A stretch of DNA of 64,000 bases from a virus. Each line of letters starts with the position of its first letter. Position 1 is the stretch's first letter. The notes under the pieces are model-generated. The model was not told the origin of the DNA and searched no databases. It saw only the letters and a program-made list of their open reading frames with translations. The position numbers and the translations under genes were made by a program. Location of the stretch: the IMG/VR virus record IMGVR_UViG_3300021373_002787, positions 22,217-86,216 of that record; one strand, given 5' to 3'. This document shows positions 1 through 9,187 of the stretch, piece by piece.

Positions 1-308
1 ATCTCACTAAAGATATCGATTCGGCTATAGTTCTTAACCATCTCTCCGACAACGTACCCGTATACATCGTTAATCTCGACCTTCTTTAACTTTGTGTTTC
101 TTCCATGTTCATCGATCTCATTAAACTTCTTAAATCTAGAGTTGATGACTAATTCGTGAATTGTTGTTGATATTAATTGGTAGTGAATCTTCTCCTCTTC
201 TGACTTTGAATCAGTCCAGCTAGGATCCAGATTAAATGAGAAGTTTGGAATTATCTCAAAATCTGGTGAATCAAAATTATTATCAAATATTTTATCTCTG
301 TTTTCCAT
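1..308 (-). CDS. Hypothetical protein, partial (runs off the window start)
   Basis: ATG at 308-306 overlaps the helicase stop (TAATG). The frame reads MENRDKIFDNNFDSPDFEIIP... and stays open to the window edge. Not in the ORF track. Confidence 0.75.
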   Translation of the reverse strand, partial: MENRDKIFDNNFDSPDFEIIPNFSFNLDPSWTDSKSEEEKIHYQLISTTIHELVINSRFKKFNEIDEHGRNTKLKKVEINDVYGYVVGEMVKNYSRIDIFSE

Positions 309-1624
309 TATATTCCGTGTAGATTGCTGTTTGTTATTTCGTCTGTTTCAATTAGACGCATATAATTCCAGTTTATATTTAACTTACATTTGGTGCCTTT
401 GCCTTCACCGTCTCTCATCTTTAAGATTTTAAGCCAGTACTCTTCACTTGCTCGCATTAAATCGTCTTGAATAATACCAAGCATAACATCTGCCGTGTGT
501 GAAAGACCTGCGGATTCAGCAATATCGCCCATCGTTATATCGCTTGAATTATAACCATTTCTAGTAATTTGTGTTGCCGTTACAATTAACCAATCATGTC
601 TTTGACCCATTGCTCTTAAATCTTCAGCAATTTGCTTAATCTTTAAGTACATGTTTTCACTATTTGGGTTTCGATAATTTGCTAAGATATTAATGTAATC
701 AATTACAACTGCTCCGATCTTAATTTGCTTTTCTTCTTCAAGTTGTGTAAGATATGCATCAATATCAAGTACAGTTGCCTGTGAAGTTGGCATTTGCTTA
801 ATAAAAAGCTGACCGGGAGGAGTAAATCCGTCGCCAACGGTTTCAAGTCTTCTCTTAACATATTCATAGTTCTTTGCTTTCTCTGCATAATCATTGATGT
901 CAATACTTAAAAGATTAGAACCAATTCTCTTTACAAATTTATGAGCTGCCATCTCCGCTGTAATGACGACGGTATTAACTCCCATCTTTACAAAATTAGC
1001 AGCATCATTTGCTAAATAAATTGATTTACCAATATTTTGCTCTCCAGCATATACAACTAAATTACCACCCTTATCATAACCGCCATTAAGTACTCGATTA
1101 ATAAAATTATATCCTGAGTCTATTTTTTCGGTTTCTTTCTGGTCATGATCTTCTGCGTTAAAGAAGTCAAGTCCCAGGTCTGAGTTAAAGGTAATGTTGT
1201 TTCTATCATTAATAAGACCTTTTACCTTCTGGATAATACTATCAGCATTCTCAGGTGTAACCTGTGTTGTTTTAATAAATTCAATAGTATCAATCAAAGA
1301 AGTATCGAAGGTTCTCCATTTGATCCATGATTCAGCTGTCGATGTCAACCATTCTTCATCGTATTGTGCAAGGTCAACGTCAAAGATGACATCAAGAATT
1401 CCGTCGGTAATCTTTTCTTTTGCCTTCTTGTAATTTTGTATTAGGAGTTTAAGTTGATCCTTTCCAGGAGTCTCGTTAAACTTAACATAGAATTTATTCG
1501 CAAGATAGCTTAAGACATCAATCTCTTCCGAAGTATAATATCCGGTTTTAATTGATTGAAGATACTTTGGCTTTTCTAATGATAGACGAAAGAATATTTT
1601 TTCGAAGTCTTGTCCGAACTGCAT
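308..1624 (-). CDS. Replicative DnaB-like helicase (T4 gp41-like)
   Basis: Walker A AGEQNIGKS, ITAEM, Walker B VVIDY, TATQITR, IAESAGL, KMRDG; SF4 helicase layout next to UvsX. Confidence 0.92.
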   Translation of the reverse strand: MQFGQDFEKIFFRLSLEKPKYLQSIKTGYYTSEEIDVLSYLANKFYVKFNETPGKDQLKLLIQNYKKAKEKITDGILDVIFDVDLAQYDEEWLTSTAESWIKWRTFDTSLIDTIEFIKTTQVTPENADSIIQKVKGLINDRNNITFNSDLGLDFFNAEDHDQKETEKIDSGYNFINRVLNGGYDKGGNLVVYAGEQNIGKSIYLANDAANFVKMGVNTVVITAEMAAHKFVKRIGSNLLSIDINDYAEKAKNYEYVKRRLETVGDGFTPPGQLFIKQMPTSQATVLDIDAYLTQLEEEKQIKIGAVVIDYINILANYRNPNSENMYLKIKQIAEDLRAMGQRHDWLIVTATQITRNGYNSSDITMGDIAESAGLSHTADVMLGIIQDDLMRASEEYWLKILKMRDGEGKGTKCKLNINWNYMRLIETDEITNSNLHGI

Positions 1625-1642
1625 ATTAATCTTATTTAAAGG

Positions 1643-1669
1643 TTATAGAGCGGACTAGTCCTCTGTTTC
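1643..1669 (-). promoter_or_regulatory. Putative GAAAC-N17-TATAA promoter upstream of the helicase
   Basis: Minus strand GAAAC-agaggactagtccgctc-TATAA; one of six copies with the same spacing. Confidence 0.7.
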
Positions 1670-2764
1670 TTCCATCAATTCTTCATAATCAAATTCAACT
1701 TCAGTGCTGTAGTTAAATATTGGTTTGATTTTCTCTTCTATTTTTTCAAGAACTTCTTGTGTAAATACCTTCTCTGTAAAGAATTCACTGTTTGGTACTG
1801 TGTGGTCAAGGTGCTTACAGATCCAATTACGTGCTGTTTTCTTAGGAACATATTCACCCTTTTCAATTGTACCTTTAGTTATACCAATATCTTCCCAGTC
1901 GATATAGTTTTCAAGCCCAACAAAACGGTTCATACCCTCACTAAAGTGTAAGTGGAATTTAATTGGCTGTGGTTTTGCAAAACGATTCTTATTTGGTCTT
2001 GCTGTAACAATAATACCAGCCTTTTCTCCGCTTGAATCTTTAAGCTGTGCCTTATTAAGGAATAAAACGATAGATGCTGCGTATTCAGGACCGGTACCAC
2101 CGCCCGCAACTTGACGACTAATAAAGTCCTGTGTTTGGTATGTGTGATTTGTAAAAATAAAAGGTACCTTAAGATCTGCAAGTGGAGTCATAATAATACG
2201 GAAGATTGACTTAAGAATCTTTGAACGTGTCATATCTGCCTTTTCAGAACCACTAACTGCGTCATCAATTTCTTTTTGAGTTGCAAGGTTACCAGCAGAA
2301 TCAAGGATAATCATCATCTTTGGAAGATCAGCTCCACCTCTCTTTGCCTCTTGCATTCTCTTTGTAATTGTAGTCACAGAAGATCTAAACTCTTGAACAG
2401 TATTGATCGGCTGATAGTTAACTTTATCGGTATCGATTCCAAATTTTTTCATTAAGGTTTTATCAACTGCCGCTTCTGAATCATAGAAGATCACGTTGTA
2501 ACCCATATCAATTGCTCTGCGGATAGAATTTAAAACTAGATAAGTCTTACCGGTACCTGAAGGTCCAGCAATTGAACATGATCTGTTATTTGGCCATCCA
2601 CCAAATAGACTTCCCGATACACATGCATTTAGATGATAATTACCAGTGTCGATCCATTCTGTAACATCGCTAAATGTTGAATTAGACATAACTGAACCTA
2701 GCGGGTTTAATGTAGCCAGCTCTGCATTAATGTCGTCAAAACTAAATTGTTTACTTTTTGCCAT
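1655..2764 (-). CDS. uvsX: RecA-like recombinase UvsX
   Basis: AGPSGTGKT, FYDSEAA, ILDSAGNLA, FTNHTY, GGGTGPEYAAS are RecA/UvsX motifs. Confidence 0.92.
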   Translation of the reverse strand: MAKSKQFSFDDINAELATLNPLGSVMSNSTFSDVTEWIDTGNYHLNACVSGSLFGGWPNNRSCSIAGPSGTGKTYLVLNSIRRAIDMGYNVIFYDSEAAVDKTLMKKFGIDTDKVNYQPINTVQEFRSSVTTITKRMQEAKRGGADLPKMMIILDSAGNLATQKEIDDAVSGSEKADMTRSKILKSIFRIIMTPLADLKVPFIFTNHTYQTQDFISRQVAGGGTGPEYAASIVLFLNKAQLKDSSGEKAGIIVTARPNKNRFAKPQPIKFHLHFSEGMNRFVGLENYIDWEDIGITKGTIEKGEYVPKKTARNWICKHLDHTVPNSEFFTEKVFTQEVLEKIEEKIKPIFNYSTEVEFDYEELMEETED

Positions 2765-2942
2765 TTTTTTCGTTTATTTTTTTATCTTTTTCTCGAAGAG
2801 CTTCAAGCTTTCCGATTAGGTCTTTTGCCTCCGCGCTTAACTCTGACATCTGAGACTCCAGATCCTGTAGTCGAGAATGAATTTGTTGGTATTCATTAAC
2901 GATTTGTTTTTGTTCTTCTGTGAGCTGATTAAAATCTATCAT
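2751..2942 (-). CDS. Small coiled-coil hypothetical protein
   Basis: 63 aa with heptad pattern; overlaps both neighbours. Confidence 0.7.
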   Translation of the reverse strand: MIDFNQLTEEQKQIVNEYQQIHSRLQDLESQMSELSAEAKDLIGKLEALREKDKKINEKNGKK

Positions 2943-3106
2943 CTCTTTATCGAATCCATTTCTTTATTTAGAAAGATCGTAGGTTGGTTTGGGTCTACTT
3001 CTTGTTTTTCAAGAGACCATGCAATTTTTCTTACTTCTTCACCAAACTTAAAATTATTTGGATATTGCTTGTGTAGCTCTAAGATAAGTTGTTCTAAGTT
3101 TTCCAT
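2939..3106 (-). CDS. Small hypothetical protein (55 aa)
   Basis: MENLEQLILELHKQYPNNFKFGEEVRKIAW...; fills the gap exactly with an ATGA overlap. Below the ORF-track cutoff. Confidence 0.7.
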   Translation of the reverse strand: MENLEQLILELHKQYPNNFKFGEEVRKIAWSLEKQEVDPNQPTIFLNKEMDSIKR

Positions 3107-3108
3107 AA

Positions 3109-4311
3109 TTAAAATAGTGCTGAAGCATAAATCAAATTAGTATCGAGAGTTTGAAGTCCAATTGCCTTTAAGACTCGATTAAGTGGATCAATCATTGACT
3201 TTTCAAATTGAGTGTCATAATCTACGGGTGGTGCAAATTCATAAGGATGCTCACTTGGCATATAGGCGAACATATCGCTAATATTACCTTTTACATGATA
3301 GATTTTTAACTTCTCTCCATTACCAATTAATTTATACTTGTTCTTGTATTTTTTATTGTTATTCAATAGGTAATTATAAAATCCTGCCGCCTTTACATTT
3401 GGAGGACATTTAGATCCGAATTGTAGTTCGATCTGGTCATCAACAATATATTTTTCAATATTGTTTGTTCTCTTGTTAAATGCGATGTCATCAACATCTG
3501 CTAATTTAAACTCTTTCTTTGCCTGTTTCATGAAATTAACCAACTCTTGTAAATCTTCTGCAGTCGGCTTTTCATGTTTCTTAAATAGAATCTTAAGTGC
3601 ATCTACAAGTTTTGCTCTCGCGAAAGAAGGAGTAGAAGACTGAATTGTATCAAATCCGATTGTCTTAACTTTCTTTAGAGATGGATGTCTATCAGTAACC
3701 TCAAGTTTATCATCCCATGCGATGTTTTGAATGTACTTCTTTTTACTCATCCAAATACCACTATATGCTATCGTCTCAAGTTCAAACATTAGGTAGTTAT
3801 CAGTATTTCTCTTCTCAGCATACTTTTCCATCGCTTTAACGATGTATTCTCTAAGTCTAAGTGCATATAATTCTATGATAAAAGTATCGATGCTTAATTT
3901 TTCATCGAGCCATTCAATAGAATTATACATTTCTTCAAACTGAACATAACAAGAATCCGTATCAATATAGATTACTGATGGTCTTTCAAGCTTGTGCTTT
4001 ACTTTAATATTAAAGTGCTCATGTACAGCTGTGTCTTTATGAAAGAATTCTTGGAAGTATTTGTTTAAGATAGCTTCAGAATAGAGGATGGCATCTTGAC
4101 CCTGTAGTGTGATCGATTCAGCCATGTCAATATTAAAGAAGTGAAACCACTTGTTACCAAATGCACCATAGATAGAGTTCAAAGTTACTTTTACCGCCTG
4201 TTCATAAGCCGTATACTTAGCAGAGAGCTCCTCATAATGCTTAATGAGGAGTTCTGCTTCGTCTTTGGTTAATTGATCAGTTGGTTTATTCTTTAACTCT
4301 TCTAGAATCAT
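3109..4311 (-). CDS. Family B DNA polymerase, C-terminal subunit (gp43B-like)
   Basis: Motif B KVTLNSIYG, motif C YIDTDS and KKKY are present; exonuclease and motif A are absent. Confidence 0.93.
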   Translation of the reverse strand: MILEELKNKPTDQLTKDEAELLIKHYEELSAKYTAYEQAVKVTLNSIYGAFGNKWFHFFNIDMAESITLQGQDAILYSEAILNKYFQEFFHKDTAVHEHFNIKVKHKLERPSVIYIDTDSCYVQFEEMYNSIEWLDEKLSIDTFIIELYALRLREYIVKAMEKYAEKRNTDNYLMFELETIAYSGIWMSKKKYIQNIAWDDKLEVTDRHPSLKKVKTIGFDTIQSSTPSFARAKLVDALKILFKKHEKPTAEDLQELVNFMKQAKKEFKLADVDDIAFNKRTNNIEKYIVDDQIELQFGSKCPPNVKAAGFYNYLLNNNKKYKNKYKLIGNGEKLKIYHVKGNISDMFAYMPSEHPYEFAPPVDYDTQFEKSMIDPLNRVLKAIGLQTLDTNLIYASALF

Positions 4312-4312
4312 A

Positions 4313-5056
4313 TTAGGCAGTTTGGCAAGTAGATACGGTTAGAAGTGTTTCGCTATCTTTTGATGCGAATAGTACCTTTGAAGAAGAGATAAAAACATTT
4401 TGCTCTTCCTTATCAAGTAGATTCAAGTACTTCTTGTAAACCGTTACATCACCACTACCATTACTTTCTGGATTAATTACAACATTAAAAGATTTACCTT
4501 TAACGTTTACTCCACTTCCATTTGCTTTGATTGCAAATGTTTCATCTTTATCAAGTGAGAAAAGATTCTTAACTTTGCTAATTGAATAAGTATCAAGTTC
4601 AAAGTTAAATTCGCTACCATCTTTAGAGAAGATTCCTTCAATTTGGTCTTGTGTAAGATCTTTGAATCCAAGAGAAGGCTCTGAACATGCAAGAGTAATT
4701 TCAAGCTCGTCGTTATGTAGACGAAGTGTTGAAGCTACTAGATCTTCATCATTCTCGATAAATTCAATTTCACCTTTAATAGCATCAGTATCAAAGTGCT
4801 TAATTGCATCAATAACTTTTGCGCCGTCAAAAAATGCAATCTTCATCTCTTTGTCAGTCTCTGGGGCCGCGTTTAACTTAAAGATAGCATCAGTGTTAAC
4901 AGCATGGTACTTAACGGCATCTCTCTGTGGGAGATAAACTGCCGATGTGATGCGATTCGGATCCATCTTCATGTAGATGAATGAATCGATTAGCTTTACT
5001 CGATTGATAAAATCAGTCAAAGCATGTTGGTCAACTCGATCAATTACTAGTTTCAT
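4313..5056 (-). CDS. Probable DNA polymerase sliding clamp (gp45-like)
   Basis: ~247 aa, acidic, beta-rich, directly upstream of the polymerase subunit. Start placed at MKLVIDRVD, downstream of the predicted promoter. Confidence 0.6.
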   Translation of the reverse strand: MKLVIDRVDQHALTDFINRVKLIDSFIYMKMDPNRITSAVYLPQRDAVKYHAVNTDAIFKLNAAPETDKEMKIAFFDGAKVIDAIKHFDTDAIKGEIEFIENDEDLVASTLRLHNDELEITLACSEPSLGFKDLTQDQIEGIFSKDGSEFNFELDTYSISKVKNLFSLDKDETFAIKANGSGVNVKGKSFNVVINPESNGSGDVTVYKKYLNLLDKEEQNVFISSSKVLFASKDSETLLTVSTCQTA

Positions 5057-5085
5057 ATTTTTTATTTGTTTAAAGAATTTGATTA

Positions 5086-5112
5086 TTATATGAGGGCTAG
5101 CCAAACTGTTTC
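5086..5112 (-). promoter_or_regulatory. Putative GAAAC-N17-TATAA promoter upstream of the clamp and polymerase C-subunit
   Basis: TGAAAC-agtttggctagccctca-TATAAT. Confidence 0.72.
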
Positions 5113-5115
5113 ACA

Positions 5116-5147
5116 TAAAAAAGCCAGGGAATAGTGAATTCCCTGGC
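5116..5147 (-). terminator. Rho-independent terminator
   Basis: Stem GCCAGGGAA/TTCCCTGGC followed by T6 on the minus strand. Confidence 0.85.
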
Positions 5148-5172
5148 ACGCTCTTTAAAAAATAAAAATAAC

Positions 5173-5583
5173 TTATTTTATTGTTGAATAGGCTTCAAAC
5201 CATTCAGGTGTTGAAATAATCTCGCTTATTACGCTTTTGTCATCGACATTGATTTGAATTAATCCACCTTGTTTTTGGATAGATTTCCAAAACTTCTTTA
5301 CAACTCCGATTTTTTTATATTGATTTTCATCAAATTCAAGAACTTCAATTCCAGTAATTTTTAAGACATCGGTCGGCCTAACAAAGGAATGCATTCCAGA
5401 TCCAACTGCATTTGTTTTTTCATCTCGACCCATTATTGTTCTTGAGTGAATAACTCCAAAATAGTTTAGTCTTACAAGGTCTGCTGGTTGAAAGGTTTTA
5501 GCATTCTTATATTTGCTTACAAAATCTTCTACCGACATATTTGCCTCGTTTACAAACTGTTCGAATAATTTTACGTGTTTCAT
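5173..5583 (-). CDS. Leader-family protein (MKHVKLFEQFVNE), putative internal head protein
   Basis: Shares the leader with the 11.7-24 kb array; has its own AATATATA box and terminator. Confidence 0.75.
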   Translation of the reverse strand: MKHVKLFEQFVNEANMSVEDFVSKYKNAKTFQPADLVRLNYFGVIHSRTIMGRDEKTNAVGSGMHSFVRPTDVLKITGIEVLEFDENQYKKIGVVKKFWKSIQKQGGLIQINVDDKSVISEIISTPEWFEAYSTIK

Positions 5584-5630
5584 GCTGTTACTTTTTATTT
5601 CTAACTTTATCTATATATTCTTAATCTAAA

Positions 5631-5663
5631 TAAAAAAGCCAGGAAGTAGCGAATCTTCCTGGC
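5631..5663 (-). terminator. Rho-independent terminator after nrdA
   Basis: Stem GCCAGGAAG/CTTCCTGGC plus T6; near copy of 5116-5147. Confidence 0.85.
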
Positions 5664-5716
5664 AAAATCCGTGAACTTTCACGGTCCTAAGACGAGGTCT
5701 TCAAACCTCACCATCT

Positions 5717-7615
5717 TTATCCATCACATGATAAACAATCGGGATCCATTGCTCTTGTTGCAATATCTCCACGTAGAACGCTCTCCGTTCTCATGTAATA
5801 GAGTGTCTTAATACCTTGGTCATATGCTTCGAGATGAACTTGGTTAATAAACTTAGGTTCAGCCTCTTTTGGAAATGCCAAGTTTAATGATACTGATTGG
5901 TCAACATATTGTTGTCTAACTCCTGCCTGTCTCACCAATTCCATTTGATTGATTTCTTTAAATGTTCTAAAAACATCTTTCATTGGAATAAAGTTATCTT
6001 GATCTGCTGTTAGTTTTGATAACTCTTTTTTATGAATAGGTGTACCAAGACCGTTATTATCATTATATAATGTTCCGTGATGTACAAAGTAATCATCCAT
6101 CCAGGCAATTCCCTGAACGCTTCCTCCGTCCTCTAGTATCTTATTCCAAGTTGTTTTTGTATTCTTACCAATTGCCTCGAGTGCCGTTTCAAGTGTTGGG
6201 TTCTTGCGAATGAATGTTCCTTTTGCCGTTTGCTCAGTAAATACGTTTGCTGCCCATGGCTCTACTCCTGGAGAAACATTACCACTCAACTTTGAATTAG
6301 AAACTGTTGGAGCAACTGCTCGTAAGTGAGTGTTGCGCATTCCAGTACCAACACACCATAGAGGTTCTCCGTACTCTTTTGCCATATCACGACTTGCTTT
6401 CTCGCTTTCGGTCTTTAATTCACTAAAGATCTTACGGGTTTCAAATTGAGCTGATAAGCCTTCAAATGGAATGTTACGATCTTGTAGGTATGTGTGCCAT
6501 CCTAGGACTCCAAGTCCTAATGCTCTTCCTTTTTCTGCTGAACGAATAGAGTTCTCAAACCCTCGCATGTATTTTGCCTTTTGAATAAACTCTTCAAGAA
6601 CTCCATCAAGGAACCAAGTTGCTGTGTAAATTAGATCAGTATCTTTCCACTCATCATATTTAGTCAAGTTGAGTGATGATAGACAACATACAAAAGAATG
6701 GTTCTCGTCAGTATGGAGAGCAATTTCAGAACAGATGTTTGTCATAAATACTTTTAGACCATTATTCTTATATGCATCTGGGTTTGCATTATTTACATTA
6801 CCCTTAAACATAATGTATGGTTCTCCAGTAGCTCTTCTTTTTCTAAGAAGAGCTGCCCATCTCTTGCGAGCCTCTTTGTCTCCCTCTTTGATTCTTTGCA
6901 TAAACCCATCAGGAACAATAACACATTGATGAAGGTTAAGTGATTGTCTGTTTACGTCTCCTTTCGGTTCACGAATTTCTAACCATTCCCAAAAGTCTTT
7001 GTGTTCAATATCAATATTTACCGATGCTGCTCCTCTACGAACTGAGCCCTGATTTGTCGCAAGAATCGTTGAATCATAAATCTTACAAAACGGGACAACA
7101 CCATCACTGGTACCGTTTCCTCTAATTGTGGCTCCGGCTGGTCTGATTTGGTTGATTCCAATACCAACTCCACCTCCATGTTTTGCCAACAACATCATCT
7201 CTAGATTTTTTGCACCGATATCATGAATTGAATCGGCGACATCAATTCCAAAACAAGAGATTGGCAACCCTCGCTCGGTTCCAGTATTTGATAAAACTGG
7301 AGAAGCAAGGTTTAACCATCCCTTCCAAATATAATCAAAGAATTTACTTGCCATTTCAGGTCTTTGAAGTCTTTTTGCGACTGTTGTCGCTACTCTCCAA
7401 TAGGCATCTTTCGGGGTCTCACCTTCTAATAGGTAACCCTTACTTATGGTCTTAACATAAACTTCTGTATTTGCCCATGTTGGAAAATCAACTCCTAGCT
7501 CCCAATCAAGATGAGAACCCTGGTTTTTTTCTGATTGTTCTGAGAAACTGTTGCTAACTGCTTTTTTTTGTATTTCTTTTAATTCTTTTGAATATGCTTT
7601 ATCTTGTCTTTGCAT
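5717..7615 (-). CDS. nrdA: Ribonucleotide reductase class Ia alpha subunit
   Basis: LPISCF, GGGVG, TNICSEI, VCCLSSLN, APTVSNS, KTLYY and C-terminal CLSC; no ATP cone seen. Confidence 0.96.
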   Translation of the reverse strand: MQRQDKAYSKELKEIQKKAVSNSFSEQSEKNQGSHLDWELGVDFPTWANTEVYVKTISKGYLLEGETPKDAYWRVATTVAKRLQRPEMASKFFDYIWKGWLNLASPVLSNTGTERGLPISCFGIDVADSIHDIGAKNLEMMLLAKHGGGVGIGINQIRPAGATIRGNGTSDGVVPFCKIYDSTILATNQGSVRRGAASVNIDIEHKDFWEWLEIREPKGDVNRQSLNLHQCVIVPDGFMQRIKEGDKEARKRWAALLRKRRATGEPYIMFKGNVNNANPDAYKNNGLKVFMTNICSEIALHTDENHSFVCCLSSLNLTKYDEWKDTDLIYTATWFLDGVLEEFIQKAKYMRGFENSIRSAEKGRALGLGVLGWHTYLQDRNIPFEGLSAQFETRKIFSELKTESEKASRDMAKEYGEPLWCVGTGMRNTHLRAVAPTVSNSKLSGNVSPGVEPWAANVFTEQTAKGTFIRKNPTLETALEAIGKNTKTTWNKILEDGGSVQGIAWMDDYFVHHGTLYNDNNGLGTPIHKKELSKLTADQDNFIPMKDVFRTFKEINQMELVRQAGVRQQYVDQSVSLNLAFPKEAEPKFINQVHLEAYDQGIKTLYYMRTESVLRGDIATRAMDPDCLSCDG

Positions 7616-7632
7616 TTTTAAACATTTTAATT

Positions 7633-8064
7633 TTATATAAACATCAAGAAGACTGTTCTCTTGCCTTCATGTGAAGTAACCATATGCCATTCATCTGATG
7701 TATGCGCACATAGGTCGCCGATTGATCTTTCCTGCTTGACAACGTTGGTTTTTCCTTCATCATCAGCATAATATGTTTCTCCTCCTGTAAAAGATCCATT
7801 TAATAAGATAGAAACTCCTACCTGGCACCACAACATATGATTATTGTCACCAGTGTCTTTGTGCCATCCATGTCCTTGTGGCATTGTTTCTATTCTCCAA
7901 TAAGATTCGTCCTTAATTTCAAAGTTAAAATGTTCTCTTAACCTATCAATAACCTTACCGGCTATAGGATTCTGAACCTTATTAATCTTATAGGAACCAG
8001 GTTTTGTCCCTAATAAGAGGGATATTTCATCCATTGTTAAAAAATCTTTCTCGAATATTCTCAT
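7633..8064 (-). CDS. 2OG-Fe(II) oxygenase superfamily protein
   Basis: WHKD (HxD), FTGGE, WHMV and a distal R; start likely at MRIFEKDF. Confidence 0.85.
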   Translation of the reverse strand: MRIFEKDFLTMDEISLLLGTKPGSYKINKVQNPIAGKVIDRLREHFNFEIKDESYWRIETMPQGHGWHKDTGDNNHMLWCQVGVSILLNGSFTGGETYYADDEGKTNVVKQERSIGDLCAHTSDEWHMVTSHEGKRTVFLMFI

Positions 8065-8066
8065 TG

Positions 8067-9071
8067 TTAAAACAAATCGTCTTCGTCCCAATTTTCATCT
8101 TCTCCAGCCTTTGAGTAGTCAGTCGGCCTAATCGCAAAAAAGTCAGTGTGTGTTGTTCCTCCAGTCAAATGATAAAACCAATCTAATTCAGAGGCTTTTT
8201 CTTCATCAAACTCCATAAACGGCCCTTCAACATATCCAAGCTCCGCGATCTTTTCATTTGCCCTCTTTATGATAAAATGCTTTAGGTCATCTGCTTTAAG
8301 ATTCTCTAGATCGCCCATTTCGAACATCTTTTCGATAAACTTGTGTTCCATTTCGACCATTAACTCAGCGGCTCTGATAACATCATCTCGCACCTCATCT
8401 TTTAGTTCAGGGTATTCTTCACACATATGACGGAATAGTTGACATCCCATTCTGCTGTGTAATGATTCATCTCGAACTGACCATTTCATTTGTTGACCAA
8501 TACCTTTCAATAAGTTTCTCATTTGGAAAGAGTATAAAACAGCAAATGAACTGTAGAGAGAAACTCCCTCTGCAAATGCCGAAAAAATAGCAAGACTTCT
8601 TGCAACTTGTTTTCTGGCTTCTGAACTTTTTGCTAGGTCTTCGTGTGTCCAGTCTGCTTCAACTGATGTTAAGTGCTCGAATTTATCGGCTGTAGCTGGC
8701 TCATGTAGAAATGCGGTGAAATCTTCAAGTCCCAGTGTTTCGTTTAAATATGAGTAAGCAGTAGCATGGATCGTTTCTTGTGACCCGAACATCATTGCCA
8801 TTTGTTTTATTTCATGTTTTGGAAACCAATTTGTAACCATTCCAGTCCAATAGTCTGAAACCGCACATTCTGTTTGTGCAAATCCTAAAAGAATGTTACC
8901 TACCAGATTTTTCTCATGTGGTTCCATTCTTTCATTCCAATCTTTTACATCTCCTTGCATAGAGATTTCTGTATGCAGCCAAAATGCTTGTGCTTGTTTA
9001 AGCCAACCCTCCGTATAATAGATTGGATATTCAAATGGCTTAAATTCTATTCTTTCATGAAATAATGACAT
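8067..9071 (-). CDS. nrdB: Ribonucleotide reductase class I beta subunit
   Basis: QETIHATAY, EGVSLYSSF, RDESLH diiron ligands; DFFAIRPTDY tail. Confidence 0.96.
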   Translation of the reverse strand: MSLFHERIEFKPFEYPIYYTEGWLKQAQAFWLHTEISMQGDVKDWNERMEPHEKNLVGNILLGFAQTECAVSDYWTGMVTNWFPKHEIKQMAMMFGSQETIHATAYSYLNETLGLEDFTAFLHEPATADKFEHLTSVEADWTHEDLAKSSEARKQVARSLAIFSAFAEGVSLYSSFAVLYSFQMRNLLKGIGQQMKWSVRDESLHSRMGCQLFRHMCEEYPELKDEVRDDVIRAAELMVEMEHKFIEKMFEMGDLENLKADDLKHFIIKRANEKIAELGYVEGPFMEFDEEKASELDWFYHLTGGTTHTDFFAIRPTDYSKAGEDENWDEDDLF

Positions 9072-9103
9072 AATATTCTTATAATACCTTATTTTTTAGA
9101 CTA

Positions 9104-9135
9104 CAAAGGGTCTAAATAGAGATTTAGACCCTTTG
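9104..9135. promoter_or_regulatory. Perfect 14-bp stem-loop in the nrdB leader
   Basis: CAAAGGGTCTAAAT-agag-ATTTAGACCCTTTG; no U-tract on the coding strand. Confidence 0.6.
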
Positions 9136-9187
9136 GTTGTTGGTTGTTTTTTATATATCAAACTCTCCAAAGGGATGATGCACTTTT

